From: Gammaproteobacteria bacterium
Lineage (GTDB): Bacteria > Pseudomonadota > Gammaproteobacteria > UBA4575
NCBI GenBank assembly: GCA_965221955.1
Contig: CBDCTA010000011.1
Coordinates: 1-21,386 of the forward strand
Reading direction: 5' to 3'
Length of the DNA: 21,386 bases
Below, in pieces: positions 6,864 through 17,520 of the stretch. A program made the position numbers and the translations under genes. The notes under the pieces are model-generated. The model was not told the origin of the DNA. It made no database searches and saw only the letters and a list, made by a program, of their open reading frames with translations. Numbering within the stretch: the stretch's first letter is position 1; every line of letters begins with the position of its first letter.

Positions 6864-7277
6864 TTATTGCTTCTTTTTTAATGGCTTTATTTTTTTATAG
6901 CTCCTAATAATTTCATCATCTTTTACTTTTACCCAATTACCCTCATCATCCTGCATAATTAAAGCACAGTTTGATTTATTTTTTCGATTCCATTTTATGC
7001 AGTGATTATCATTTTCATCTATGTACCATATACCTTTTCTTTTTACACCGTCTTTTTTAGTAGTTACTAATCCATCTTCATAGAAATTAAAGTTATATGT
7101 TTCATTATTGACCTCATCTTTGATTGTGACCACGGTATCAGAAAATATATCCTTAAAATCTTCAGCAGGGACAATCCTGAGGTCTAACACATCTACTTCT
7201 TCCGCTGCATAAGAATTACAAAATAAAGAAGACGTTAAAACTAATAATAGAACTTTACCAGTGTGTCGCTTATTCAT
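6864..7277 (-). CDS. Secreted hypothetical protein
   Basis: Signal peptide (SYA-AE), SD-like AGGA, Cys pair in GIWYIDENDNHCIKW...NC. Confidence 0.75.
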   Translation of the reverse strand: MNKRHTGKVLLLVLTSSLFCNSYAAEEVDVLDLRIVPAEDFKDIFSDTVVTIKDEVNNETYNFNFYEDGLVTTKKDGVKRKGIWYIDENDNHCIKWNRKNKSNCALIMQDDEGNWVKVKDDEIIRSYKKIKPLKKKQ

Positions 7278-7337
7278 TTTCCTAGCCTTTTAATCAAAAT
7301 AGTATATTTAAGGATTACTTCATATATCAGAATAATA

Positions 7338-7838
7338 CTACTGAAAAACAATAACTGGGTCTGTGAATAACTTTGAATTAGGTATGAGAACTTTATTTCC
7401 TTCAGAATCTAGCTCTGTGTATCTCAGGTCTATAGAAACTACAGTCCCTTGATAGCTAGATACTTTTATAAGGTTCCCTATTTTAAACGGTCTATACAAT
7501 AATAAGAGGACACCAGATAGTAAATTAGAAATAGAATCTTTTAATGCAAAACCTAGGGCAAAGCCCGTTAGACCAAGACCTGCAACTAGAGCAGAAACAT
7601 TTATTCCCAACGTACCAAGTGCTGTAACTAGACCAAAGATTGTTAACGTTATACTACTCGTGCGGGCTAGTAGTGATGCAAGGTTTTTATCAAACTTTAA
7701 TCGATCAGCGGCGCTAGTAATTATTCTTTTTATAATTTTAGAAAGAACTACGAAAATTACTATGATGACAATAACTCCAGCTACCTTTGGCACCCATAGA
7801 GTTGCTTCATCTAACAGAAATTGGAAAAGATTTTCCAT
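7338..7838 (-). CDS. Short MscS-family mechanosensitive channel
   Basis: GFALGFALKDSISNLLSG and RPFKIG...IPNS motifs; lacks the C-terminal domain. Confidence 0.9.
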   Translation of the reverse strand: MENLFQFLLDEATLWVPKVAGVIVIIVIFVVLSKIIKRIITSAADRLKFDKNLASLLARTSSITLTIFGLVTALGTLGINVSALVAGLGLTGFALGFALKDSISNLLSGVLLLLYRPFKIGNLIKVSSYQGTVVSIDLRYTELDSEGNKVLIPNSKLFTDPVIVFQ

Positions 7839-7897
7839 AACCTACTAACCTCGTTATGTTCTAACTATAGAGAACAACAAACATTTTAGTACACATT

Positions 7898-8912
7898 TTA
7901 TGTTGTTTGATCAAAATCAAAATCATCTAAGCTTTGCACCACTTTCTTAACATTCTTAAAATAAGCAACATGAAATAAAGGGTCACCCTCGTAGACCAAA
8001 GGTATATGTGATTGACCGATAATGATCCCATCATCTGATGCAATTATTTCTTCTTGATTATGATAGTCACAGACATCTTCTACATACCCAATAATCTGAT
8101 CCTCTTTTAATTACCTTCCCTAAACGGATTCTAGATCTGAAAATACCGCTTACTGGTGAACGCATCCAACTACTTGATTGCGCCACTTGTGGAATAATGC
8201 TATTTGATGGGCTTTTCGCAAGAGGTGAAAGCATTTTGATGTGCCTCATTACATTCAGAACACCATTTAACCCCGCTTTAATTCCCGCTTCACTAAAGCG
8301 CATAGCCTCACCTGCTTCATAGACAAGTATCTGCACATCTTTCATCCGAGCTGCTTCTCGTAGCGACCCATCACGGAGCTTTGAATTAACAATAACGGGC
8401 ACGCCAAAAGCTTTTGCTAATTCAGCAATACTGTCATCATTCAAATCGGCGCGTATCTGAGGAAGATTATTTCGATTCAAAGCAGCTGTGTGTAGATCAA
8501 TACCATATGTACACTTTGATACGACTTCATTCATAAACAAATATGCAAGTCGACCCGCAAGCGATCCACGTGATGAACCCGGGAAGCACCGATTTAGATC
8601 ACGACGATCTGGCAGATATCTAGAATGTTGCAACATTCCATATATGTTTACAGCAGGGACGGCAATAAGTGTCCCCGATAATCTTTTTACTGAAACTTTC
8701 TTTATGAGGCGCCTAACTATTTCAACACCGTTTAATTCATCGCCATGTATCGCAGCACTTACAAATAATCTTGGCCCATCATTTTTACCTCGAATCACAT
8801 GTACCGGCATCGTCAGCGGTGTATTGGTATACAAAGGGGGGAGCTCTAGCTGCAGAACTGTGCTTGTTCCTGGCTTTATATCGGTACCAGCAATTATTAT
8901 TTCTTCAGCCAA
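7898..8912 (-). pseudogene. Succinylglutamate desuccinylase/aspartoacylase (AstE/AspA, M14-type) family gene with a frameshift near 8105
   Basis: HGDELNG, DLNRCFPG, IDLHT motifs; expected C-terminus (GIIIGQSHIPLVYEGDPLFHVA) continues in another frame to TAA at 7898-7900. Confidence 0.8.
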
Positions 8913-8965
8913 TTTATATATTCTTGTAATCTAATAATCTAAAACTAAAAAATAGATACGAATTC

Positions 8966-9874
8966 TCATCCTTTTCCACGCGTTCTAGTTTTATTGGGTT
9001 TTGCATGTTTCTCAATGAAATCAATGATCATTCCTGCAACGTCTTTTTCAGTTGCCTTTTCTATTCCCTCCAGACCCGGGGAAGAATTGACCTCCATGAC
9101 AACTGGTCCATGGCTTGATCTTAAAAGATCTACACCTGCCACATTTAAACCCATTTTCTTTGCTGCACGTGTGGCAGTCGATCGTTCACTTGGTGTTAAT
9201 TTCACAAGGGACGCAGTACCACCACGATGTAGGTTAGAACGAAACTCACCTTCTGCTGCTTGTCGCATCATCGCAGCAACCACTTTATTCCCTATCACAA
9301 AGCAGCGAATATCTGCCCCACCCGCTTCTTTTATAAATTCTTGGACTAAAAAGTTTGCGCCTAGCTGTCGAAAAGCATCAATTATTGTCTCTGCGGCTTT
9401 ATGTGTCTCTGCTAATACAATTCCCTTACCTTGTGTCCCCTCAATTAATTTAACAACTAAGGGTGGTCCATTGACTAAGCTAATTAAATCTTTTGTATTT
9501 TTAGTTGAATTCGCAAAACCCGTTAGTGGTAGTCCTATTCCAGCACGTGAAAGGATTTGCAAAGAACGTAATTTATCTCTTGAACGTGTGATGGCAACGG
9601 ACTCATTGAGTGGGTAGGTTCCCATCATTTCAAATTGTCTTAACACCGCAGTTCCATAAAAAGTAATAGATGCGCCAATACGTGGAATCACTGCATCATA
9701 CCTTTGCAGTTCTTCTCCCTTTAAATGAACACTAGGTTCATCAGTTGCTATATCCATATAACAGTCAGTCGTATTGACGACATCAATTTCATGTCCACGT
9801 TCTACCGCAGCCTCAATTAGGCGTTTATTGGAATAGAGTCTTGTTCCACCTTTGCTTAATAATGCTATTTTCAT
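8966..9874 (-). CDS. rimK: Ribosomal protein S6-L-glutamate ligase / poly-alpha-glutamate synthase
   Basis: [47 protein letters not shown]. Confidence 0.96.
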   Translation of the reverse strand: MKIALLSKGGTRLYSNKRLIEAAVERGHEIDVVNTTDCYMDIATDEPSVHLKGEELQRYDAVIPRIGASITFYGTAVLRQFEMMGTYPLNESVAITRSRDKLRSLQILSRAGIGLPLTGFANSTKNTKDLISLVNGPPLVVKLIEGTQGKGIVLAETHKAAETIIDAFRQLGANFLVQEFIKEAGGADIRCFVIGNKVVAAMMRQAAEGEFRSNLHRGGTASLVKLTPSERSTATRAAKKMGLNVAGVDLLRSSHGPVVMEVNSSPGLEGIEKATEKDVAGMIIDFIEKHAKPNKTRTRGKG

Positions 9875-10329
9875 TTCGTACCTATTTTTTTCTTCTTACC
9901 TATTAGATAAGAACGCGCAGGATTGACTATGAAGTGATTTTTTATTGCATCACGTCCAAGCAGCATTCTAAAGGACATACTGTCACGATTAGTAAGAGTA
10001 ATCTCAGCTTCTATAATTTCTTTATTCAATTTGATACGCGTAGAAATTACGTATCTAAGCTCACGGTGTCCACCAGAATCGGTAATTTCTCGTTGATCTA
10101 CGATTTTGCCTGTACATGTCTTCTTTATTTTTGAATTTTTTTGAACAGGATGTAAGCCGAATCGTACATATTGATTTCCTGACCTTTTGAATGGCTCGAT
10201 AAAATAAGCGTGCAAAGAAGACGTCTTAGCGCCCGTATCAACCTTGCACTTTATCTGATCAATGCCCAATTCTGGCAATGCGACCCATTCACGCCAACCT
10301 ATAACTTTTAAATCATTAGTTTTTGACAT
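9871..10329 (-). CDS. RimK-associated retropepsin-like protease (RimB / 'ATP-dependent zinc protease' family)
   Basis: [35 protein letters not shown]; 4-bp overlap with rimK; start placed at Met 10329 (ORF track gives 10374). Confidence 0.88.
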   Translation of the reverse strand: MSKTNDLKVIGWREWVALPELGIDQIKCKVDTGAKTSSLHAYFIEPFKRSGNQYVRFGLHPVQKNSKIKKTCTGKIVDQREITDSGGHRELRYVISTRIKLNKEIIEAEITLTNRDSMSFRMLLGRDAIKNHFIVNPARSYLIGKKKKIGTK

Positions 10330-10501
10330 TTCATGTATGTTTTGATGATACCTATACATTCGATCTCTATTCATTCTTATATCATTAACTAGGCAAAAAA
10401 CAATAAAAATCGTTCATTATCTAAAAATAATTGAATAGTTTTTGCCTATTGTATTAAATCTCTAATTGATCATGTAGCACATCTTGATGCACACTTGCCA
10501 A

Positions 10502-11464
10502 ATGATAGAAACAATCTTATTTAATCAAAGCAAAGGAGCTACCGATCAAGGTCTAATGGAACTATTCGATCGCTGGAAAGAACAAAATGACTCATTAATT
10601 TGGGTAAGCCTAACAAACCCTTCCAGTCAAGAAGACGAGCAAATAGCAAATTTATTTGGATTTAATAAATTGGAAATGGCCGATGCCACAAGACTTCGTC
10701 ACCCTCCTAAAATAGAATTTTTCGATGATCATATTCTGATGATTCTACGAACTATCGATTCAACCGATATTGAACAAGAAATTCAGTATTCTCAATTAGC
10801 AATATTCATATCAGAACGCTACATCATTTCTCGAAAAATAAAATCTAATGAATGTATAAACAAGACATGGGATGACTTAATCAATAATGAAATTGACTGC
10901 ACACATGGTACAAGCCATATTGCATACCGCATTTCTAGAAATATTGCAGACAATTATTTTACGGTATTAGAAAAGTTGGAAGACCGACTTGAGGACCTAG
11001 AAAGTTTATTAACTACTGATCTCAATGATGATCACTTAGCAGAACTATCTAAATACAATAGCTCGTTGAGAAAAATCAATAGAGCGATGACATATCATAA
11101 GAATATATTTAGTTCTCTCTTAAACACAACGACAATCAGTTTTATTAAAAATAATATACATGAGTTTAATGACGTTTATGAACATATGGAAAGAAGCGCT
11201 AGCCTATCGCTCATGCACCAGCAGTTAAGTTCAGATCTAGTAAACAACTACTTAGCCTTAACGTCACATCGTGTAAATAAGATTGTAAAAACACTAACTA
11301 TCTTTACAGTTCTCTTTGTACCACTTTCATTTATCGCGGGGTTGTATGGAATGAATTTTGAATTTATTCCAGAGCTCAAATTTAAATATGGCTATTTTTA
11401 CATCTTGGGTATTATGTTTGCCGTTTTTACTGGATTGCTATATTTCTTGAGAAAAATGAAATGA
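10502..11464 (+). CDS. corA: CorA-family Mg/Co transporter
   Basis: HPPKIE, GLYGMNF signature, PEL, two C-terminal TM helices; start uncertain (10484-10502). Confidence 0.92.
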   Translation: MIETILFNQSKGATDQGLMELFDRWKEQNDSLIWVSLTNPSSQEDEQIANLFGFNKLEMADATRLRHPPKIEFFDDHILMILRTIDSTDIEQEIQYSQLAIFISERYIISRKIKSNECINKTWDDLINNEIDCTHGTSHIAYRISRNIADNYFTVLEKLEDRLEDLESLLTTDLNDDHLAELSKYNSSLRKINRAMTYHKNIFSSLLNTTTISFIKNNIHEFNDVYEHMERSASLSLMHQQLSSDLVNNYLALTSHRVNKIVKTLTIFTVLFVPLSFIAGLYGMNFEFIPELKFKYGYFYILGIMFAVFTGLLYFLRKMK

Positions 11465-13632
11465 ACTCAAGAATATTTACACTTTTATTGATATTTGTGT
11501 GCATTCTTTACATGCCAATTGCTGTGTATTCACAATCAGAAGAGCTCATAGCAACACCTGATATAAAAGCAGAAACAACATCACAAATACCTAGCCCATT
11601 AGATCTGAATCCAAACTGGTGGCAGTACTTCGACATACAAGACAATGACTTCTCTAAAAATGTTAGTTCTTTCTTATCACAACTAAAAACGCTTTTTAAT
11701 AAATTAGATGATAAACATAAAATTAAATTAAGCGAAAATGAAGCAAAAATACACGCTAGCTTAAAAGCGCTTGAAGACTTGAAAAATATAGAACAGATCT
11801 CACCCTCTGAAAAGTCACCTTTTAAAGATAAATATTCTTTGGATGAGCTACAGAGTGTTGAGTGGTCTCTACGAGAGACTGAGTCTATCTATAGCATTCA
11901 GGCACCACAGTTAAAAGAAGATCAAAAAGCAATCAAGGCTTTAAATCAAAAGATAGATACACTATTTGCTGCATATCGAAAGATCGATGCAGCAGATCAT
12001 GAAAAACTAGCTGCAGGACTAGAAATAATTGCGAATAGATTAGCTTGGTTAGTTTCTACAAACAAACAGCCCATTCAAAAACAGCAGATTGAAAATTATA
12101 AAACTAAAATTAGTTGGCTAAATGAAGAAAAAGAACATGCATTAAATAATCTTGTTATCACAAATAGTGAATATAACACGATCAAAAACGAAATAAAGAA
12201 GCAACTTGAAGAATTAGACGCGGCCCAAAAATATCAAGTAGAAGCAAAAAGCCTAACATTGGAGATTGTAGAAGATGATTTAATAAATACCTTCAAATCT
12301 AATGTTTTCAAACAAAAAGCATTGCTGGCTGAAATACTGACCGCATATCAAACGATACGCTTGCATCTCTTACAAGCTAAGCAGTCTATTTATCTACTTG
12401 AGAGAAATGAAACTGGTTTAGACCCTGATGAGCAAGTTGAGCAATATAAAGCCAGAGAAGTAATTTTAAAGAATACAAAAAGTGAATATGACAGTTGGCA
12501 TAAAGCACTTCAGAAAGATCGTGAAATAATAAACGAGCTCATGTTAGACAGGGATAGTGAAAATGAAAATTATAAAACAGAAGAACAAATTCTTCGAGAA
12601 CATAGAGAAGTACTCAAAAACACATCAACAGTATTAAGAAATTTAGATATATCAATAAACGATCTCACATTTTTTAATAATGCAGTTAGAGAGCAACTAG
12701 CAAAAACTCAGGGTATATTTTTCAAATTACGCTCTGATAGCTATTCTACTCTCGGTGGAGTATGGCAAAGCTTTCAAAATGTATTTTCAAAAAGTTTGTT
12801 TACGATCGGTGATGTTCCAGTAACGTTTAGCGACATTTTTAGAGCAATCATAATTATTCTGATTGCATATTTAATCTCAATAATTGTAAGAAGAATATTT
12901 AGACGAATAAGTGATGCAAATGACAGTCGTTCTACATCTATTATTTACACACTAAGTAGGCTTTCCCATTACTTGATAATAATTGTTGGCTTAATTATAG
13001 CCCTTTCATCTATTGGCTTAAGTTTTACCAATGTTGCTATTATCGCTGGCGCACTTAGTGTTGGCATAGGTTTTGGTCTTCAGTCTATTGTTAATAATTT
13101 TGTGTCTGGAATTATTCTTTTGTTTGAGCAGAATTTGAAAGTTGGAGATTATGTTGAATTAGAGTCAGGCATGAAAGGCATAGTAAAAGGAATTCATGTA
13201 CGAAGCACTACTATCACAACATTGGATAATCTAGACATTATTGTTCCAAATTCTGAACTAGTCGCAGCGAAAGTGACAAACTACACCATGAATGAGCCTA
13301 TGTTTCGTATGCATGTACCTTTTGGAGTTGCATATGGATCAGATAAAGAACTAGTCCGTAAGGCTGTGCTAGAAGCAACAAGACAAGTTGAAGTTACATA
13401 TGATGATGGTGCGAAAAGACGCCCACAAGTATGGTTAGTGGGTTTTGGAGATAGTAGCTTAAATTTTGAGTTAGTAGTTTGGGTAGTCAATAAAAAGGGT
13501 AGCAACGCTACACCAGGCTCATGGAGAGCACTATATACATGGGAAATAGAAACTGCATTAATTAAACATGAAATTGAAATTCCATTCCCACAACGAGATT
13601 TACATCTAAAAAGTGGTTTTGTAGAAAGCTAA
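11461..13632 (+). CDS. Large MscS-family (MscK-like) mechanosensitive channel
   Basis: Signal peptide, long helical periplasmic region, GALSVGIGFGLQSIVNNFVSG, FGDSSLNFEL, IEIPFPQRDLH. Confidence 0.93.
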   Translation: MNSRIFTLLLIFVCILYMPIAVYSQSEELIATPDIKAETTSQIPSPLDLNPNWWQYFDIQDNDFSKNVSSFLSQLKTLFNKLDDKHKIKLSENEAKIHASLKALEDLKNIEQISPSEKSPFKDKYSLDELQSVEWSLRETESIYSIQAPQLKEDQKAIKALNQKIDTLFAAYRKIDAADHEKLAAGLEIIANRLAWLVSTNKQPIQKQQIENYKTKISWLNEEKEHALNNLVITNSEYNTIKNEIKKQLEELDAAQKYQVEAKSLTLEIVEDDLINTFKSNVFKQKALLAEILTAYQTIRLHLLQAKQSIYLLERNETGLDPDEQVEQYKAREVILKNTKSEYDSWHKALQKDREIINELMLDRDSENENYKTEEQILREHREVLKNTSTVLRNLDISINDLTFFNNAVREQLAKTQGIFFKLRSDSYSTLGGVWQSFQNVFSKSLFTIGDVPVTFSDIFRAIIIILIAYLISIIVRRIFRRISDANDSRSTSIIYTLSRLSHYLIIIVGLIIALSSIGLSFTNVAIIAGALSVGIGFGLQSIVNNFVSGIILLFEQNLKVGDYVELESGMKGIVKGIHVRSTTITTLDNLDIIVPNSELVAAKVTNYTMNEPMFRMHVPFGVAYGSDKELVRKAVLEATRQVEVTYDDGAKRRPQVWLVGFGDSSLNFELVVWVVNKKGSNATPGSWRALYTWEIETALIKHEIEIPFPQRDLHLKSGFVES

Positions 13633-13755
13633 ATTTTAATTATTTTTACTGTGGACAATATTTTTTCTTAAATTTAGTTTTTACGTAAACCTAAATCTTG
13701 AAATTCTTAATGATACTAGAGTGTAACCCACAGTAATTTTATTCTAAAATAATAC

Positions 13756-15141
13756 TTAAGTTATCTTAATAGAATTTGTTTTTGATCTGACCTCGTTTGG
13801 GTTTTCATGATTCACCCATCTATTCATCAACTTCGCAGCAACGACATCTCCAGCTACATTAATTGATGTTCGACTCATATCTAAGATACGATCTACACCC
13901 ATAATAAGAGCAATACCTTCAGGCGGGATTCCAACCGTATCAAGAATAGTTGCAAGTATAACAATCCCTACCCCCGGTGTAGCAGGTGATCCAATAGATG
14001 CGCCAACCGCCATCGTGACAATTAAAATCATACCACTTAAAGAAATATCAACACCATACACTTGTGCTAGAAAAATTGTTGCTACAGCTTGGTAAAGAGC
14101 AGTTCCATTCATATTGATCGTTGCACCTAATGGAATGACAAATTGAGAAATTGATGTACGAACGTTCAATTTTTCTTCAGCTGTTTTAATAGATAAAGGC
14201 ATTACAGCTGCAGAACTTGAAGTTGAAAATGCAAGCAATAGAAGCTCACGTGTAGTACCCAGGAATTGAAATGGTGCTTGACGAGTAAATATAAATATTA
14301 TAACTAAGTAAAATATAAGTAATAAAAGAAGCGCAAGTAAAACCGTTGCAACATAATGCGACATACTAATAAGTGCACTGATCCCAACTTGACTCGTCAG
14401 CCGTGCCATTAATCCAAAAACGGCAATCGGTGCTAACCACATTGCCCACTTCACAATCGTCATACAAACTTGTTGTAAAGAATTTAATAGTTCTAAAAGT
14501 GGTTTAGATTGTGTGGGCGACATTGCAACAAGAGCAATCCCAAAAATCAGCGCAAAAATTACAATTTGTAGCATTTGACCTTCTACCATTGAACTTAATG
14601 GGTTGCCAGGCAAGAGTTGTATAAGCACTTGAGGTAATTCTTCAGCACTTGGAGGTGATGCTGTTTCTATAGGTTCGATGTTTTGAGCTGATGTCGTATC
14701 AATAGATTTTTCTGCTATTGCTAATGTCTTTCTTGTTAGCGATACAAGTGCAACACCAATACCAATAAAGGCTGCAATCGCTGTAGTAATAACAAAATAT
14801 ATACTGACTACTATTCCCAGTTTCTTTAGTTGATTGACACTTTCACTAGATGCGATCCCTAAAATTATGGATGCAAATACCAACGGGATTACGATCATTT
14901 GAATCGTTGCTAGAAATAACTGTCCTGGTAATGCTAACCAATTACCGATTAGAATACTTAGTTCAGGACGAATAATGCCAACTGTAGGGCCAATAATAAA
15001 ACCAACTGCTAATCCTAAAATCATACCAATTAAGACTTTCAACCATAACTGTTTTTCAACTAGCGAAAGTAATTGAGAACTTAAACGCTTAAGGGGCTTA
15101 GGTTGAATTTTTTCAAGATTTTTTAAATGCTCTAGGATCAT
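13756..15141 (-). CDS. Dicarboxylate/amino acid:cation symporter (DAACS, GltP-like)
   Basis: AFSTSSSAAVMP, PLGATINMNGTALY, DRILDMSRTSINVAGD. Confidence 0.95.
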   Translation of the reverse strand: MILEHLKNLEKIQPKPLKRLSSQLLSLVEKQLWLKVLIGMILGLAVGFIIGPTVGIIRPELSILIGNWLALPGQLFLATIQMIVIPLVFASIILGIASSESVNQLKKLGIVVSIYFVITTAIAAFIGIGVALVSLTRKTLAIAEKSIDTTSAQNIEPIETASPPSAEELPQVLIQLLPGNPLSSMVEGQMLQIVIFALIFGIALVAMSPTQSKPLLELLNSLQQVCMTIVKWAMWLAPIAVFGLMARLTSQVGISALISMSHYVATVLLALLLLLIFYLVIIFIFTRQAPFQFLGTTRELLLLAFSTSSSAAVMPLSIKTAEEKLNVRTSISQFVIPLGATINMNGTALYQAVATIFLAQVYGVDISLSGMILIVTMAVGASIGSPATPGVGIVILATILDTVGIPPEGIALIMGVDRILDMSRTSINVAGDVVAAKLMNRWVNHENPNEVRSKTNSIKIT

Positions 15142-15253
15142 GTTGCTAGCGTTGTGATTGTTATATAAAAGTCACAATACATTTTAATGACTTGAATATT
15201 AGCTTATTTATTACAGAACTTAACTCAGAATAGTTCATAAAAAGGGGATGATA

Positions 15254-15267
15254 TTGACCTAAATCAA
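15254..15267. promoter_or_regulatory. FNR/CRP-family box
   Basis: TTGAC-CTAA-ATCAA, one mismatch to TTGAT-N4-ATCAA, in a divergent intergenic region. Confidence 0.45.
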
Positions 15268-15363
15268 TGATGCAAAATAAATTCTTTCGCAGATTATAAG
15301 TTCATTTATTCGATAAGATATACACTTTGAAAATTCGCTATTCAAAAATAGCAGAGGGTAATC

Positions 15364-15564
15364 ATGCATAAGTTTAAGTCTATTTTAGTTGTAGTGATAC
15401 TTATCATGCTGATAATTTTTTTAGTTCAGAATTTTAAGGTGACGTCAATTTACTTTTTATTTTGGGGTGTAGATCTACCAAGAGCAATCTTGTTTTTTCT
15501 GCTCTTTCTAATTGGTGCCATTTTTGGTGCTATTTCAATTAGCTTTTTCAAACGAAGTAATTAA
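15364..15564 (+). CDS. LapA-family (DUF1049) small membrane protein
   Basis: IFLVQN...IYFLFW...LP...LFLIGAIFG pattern; GAGGG SD upstream. Confidence 0.8.
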   Translation: MHKFKSILVVVILIMLIIFLVQNFKVTSIYFLFWGVDLPRAILFFLLFLIGAIFGAISISFFKRSN

Positions 15565-15581
15565 AAGAATTAGCTTAGAAA

Positions 15582-15725
15582 TTAATTTCTTTCTATTGTA
15601 TAGATCAAATCAACAGCTTGGTTTTCTCCAGATTTTGCTTCAACGCTGACTCTCTTTGTAAATTGATAATTAAATCCAACTGTTCCTACAGATGTGAATA
15701 AGCCATGAGCGTAAGATACATAAAG
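15582..15725 (-). pseudogene. 3' remnant of a tamB-like (DUF490) gene
   Basis: LYVSYAHGLF...YQFTKRVSVEAKSGENQAVDLIYTIERN* resembles the TamB C-terminal beta strands; no genuine 5' part is present. Confidence 0.65.
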
Positions 15726-15728
15726 CTG

Positions 15729-15947
15729 AAGAAAAGTGAATATGTGGTGGCCATTGAATGGATACGCTCTGTGGCAACCGAGGACGCACACTTCAAACGA
15801 AATGCAGGACTCTTTACGCCACGACTCACTAAAGCCTCTTTGGACAATCAGCCCAAAACGATCGATTACATTAACGAAGTATTTGATGTGGATCTTTATG
15901 CGCTTGTCGAACCCACTAATAAAAATGAAAATAAGAATAATGCTTGA
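15729..15947 (+). pseudogene. 3' remnant of a gene, possibly a NucS/DUF91-type nuclease
   Basis: EYVVAIEWIRSV...GLF...LDNQPKTIDYINEVF recalls the C-terminus of such proteins; the ATG at 15705 sits in tamB antisense sequence. Confidence 0.4.
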
Positions 15948-16056
15948 AAGTAATATTTTTTTATACATAGATGTTTACTCCTAATAACGGTTAATTACTA
16001 AACATTCCATGTTTTAACTCTCCAATTAATTACCTCATGTTGTTCATATAAAGCAT

Positions 16057-17520
16057 CTACAATTCTTCAATACTAAATTCGTCAACTGCTGTAGCCAAAC
16101 CGCCAAATGGATCCCATTCTGCTTTAACAACTGATCCAACATTTATTGCCGCAAAAAATGCAGCAACCGTAATTGCATTATTATTTTCATCGAAATAAAG
16201 TGTTCCTGCATCTACAATAAGCGCATTACCGAGAATTGTTACTGATGTATTTGCAAGAAATGCATCCACAAGGCCTTGCAATTCCACCTCAGTGTCTGGA
16301 TCTTCACGTTCAATTCGTGTTGCAACTAATTGTGCACCAATAAATGATCCGCGCATTTCAATATAGTCACCAGTCATAATATCGGCTAAGCCAAATTGTG
16401 GAAGACCAATTGCACTTTTATCTTCAAAACGGGTGGTGGGTGTTACATTAATTGTTTCACCAAGTAATGTAATAGTTTGAGCTGCAACATTAGTTGCATC
16501 TGTAATTGCAGTTATTCTTATGAATGAATCTGGTTTAATAATGATTCTCGTTGCTTGAATAACATTAAACCCATCTAATGTCCCTTCAACTTCAACTTTT
16601 ACATTTGCTGCAACATCAGCAACATTTGCTGGCAGTCCATTTTCAAATTCAATTGTTGCACCGAATCCATTAACGGCTTGCCCATTAACTTCAAAGTCTG
16701 CAATAGAATTGAATACGGTGATAATGCCCTCTACTTCAGCCTGCTCTCCTACTACGGCATTCAGCTCAAGACCGTTTTCTAGATCAGAAGCTGTAAATGT
16801 GTTGCCCGCGAATGCTGCTACTGGACCAATCACCTCAACTACCAACCCATCGGCCAATGCATTAGATAAGTTAGCTTGATTAGCCGCAGCAAAATTGACT
16901 GTTAGCCTTGTTGCAGGACCAAATATCTCAAATGTGCTTGCCGCAACATTTAAATTATCTACTTGTCCAATTACACGATACTGTGTTGTGCCATTTCTAA
17001 TACGGATGTAACTCGCTACTATTTCACCAGCTACCGTACGAACCCCACTAATCTCAACCCGTGTTACATTTGCAACAAAGTTTGCAGCATCAAAAGGAAC
17101 ATTATTAAAGAAAGATGTTGTGTCATTAATAATAATGCGTTGATTAAGAACCGTCATTGTTCGATTAACAAAATCTACTGCTTGTACGGGTCCTCGCACA
17201 GTCTCTGCATATTCAACACTTGAAGCTGTATTATTTGAGAAATTAACTTCTGCACGTACAACTTGACCGACTTCAAGATCACCTTCCACCGCAGCAGCAT
17301 CGTTAATTGTGAACGTTGCACCACCTGTGGCAAACTCAATTCCATTTAGAATAATACTTGCGAAACCATCAACAGAACCAAAGCTGACTCCCGTTCCGCC
17401 TATGCCGCCACTGACAGAAGCAAAACTGCCTCCACCTCCGCCGCCGCTACACGCAGAGATAATTAAAAGAATAGCGGTAAAAATACCGTAAAGAGATTTT
17501 TTAAAATTAGTTATTATCAT
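16057..17520 (-). CDS. DUF5666-domain lipoprotein
   Basis: Lipobox ISAC, Gly linker, GGIGGTG, repeated G-x-V/I...VEVEG OB-like modules; likely start at ATG 17520. Confidence 0.85.
   Translation of the reverse strand: MIITNFKKSLYGIFTAILLIISACSGGGGGGSFASVSGGIGGTGVSFGSVDGFASIILNGIEFATGGATFTINDAAAVEGDLEVGQVVRAEVNFSNNTASSVEYAETVRGPVQAVDFVNRTMTVLNQRIIINDTTSFFNNVPFDAANFVANVTRVEISGVRTVAGEIVASYIRIRNGTTQYRVIGQVDNLNVAASTFEIFGPATRLTVNFAAANQANLSNALADGLVVEVIGPVAAFAGNTFTASDLENGLELNAVVGEQAEVEGIITVFNSIADFEVNGQAVNGFGATIEFENGLPANVADVAANVKVEVEGTLDGFNVIQATRIIIKPDSFIRITAITDATNVAAQTITLLGETINVTPTTRFEDKSAIGLPQFGLADIMTGDYIEMRGSFIGAQLVATRIEREDPDTEVELQGLVDAFLANTSVTILGNALIVDAGTLYFDENNNAITVAAFFAAINVGSVVKAEWDPFGGLATAVDEFSIEEL

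Noticed and set aside
15971-15996. ATGTTTACTCCTAATAACGGTTAAT as a degenerate 28-bp site
   Set aside because: Needs a core deletion and several mismatches; could be chance in AT-rich DNA.
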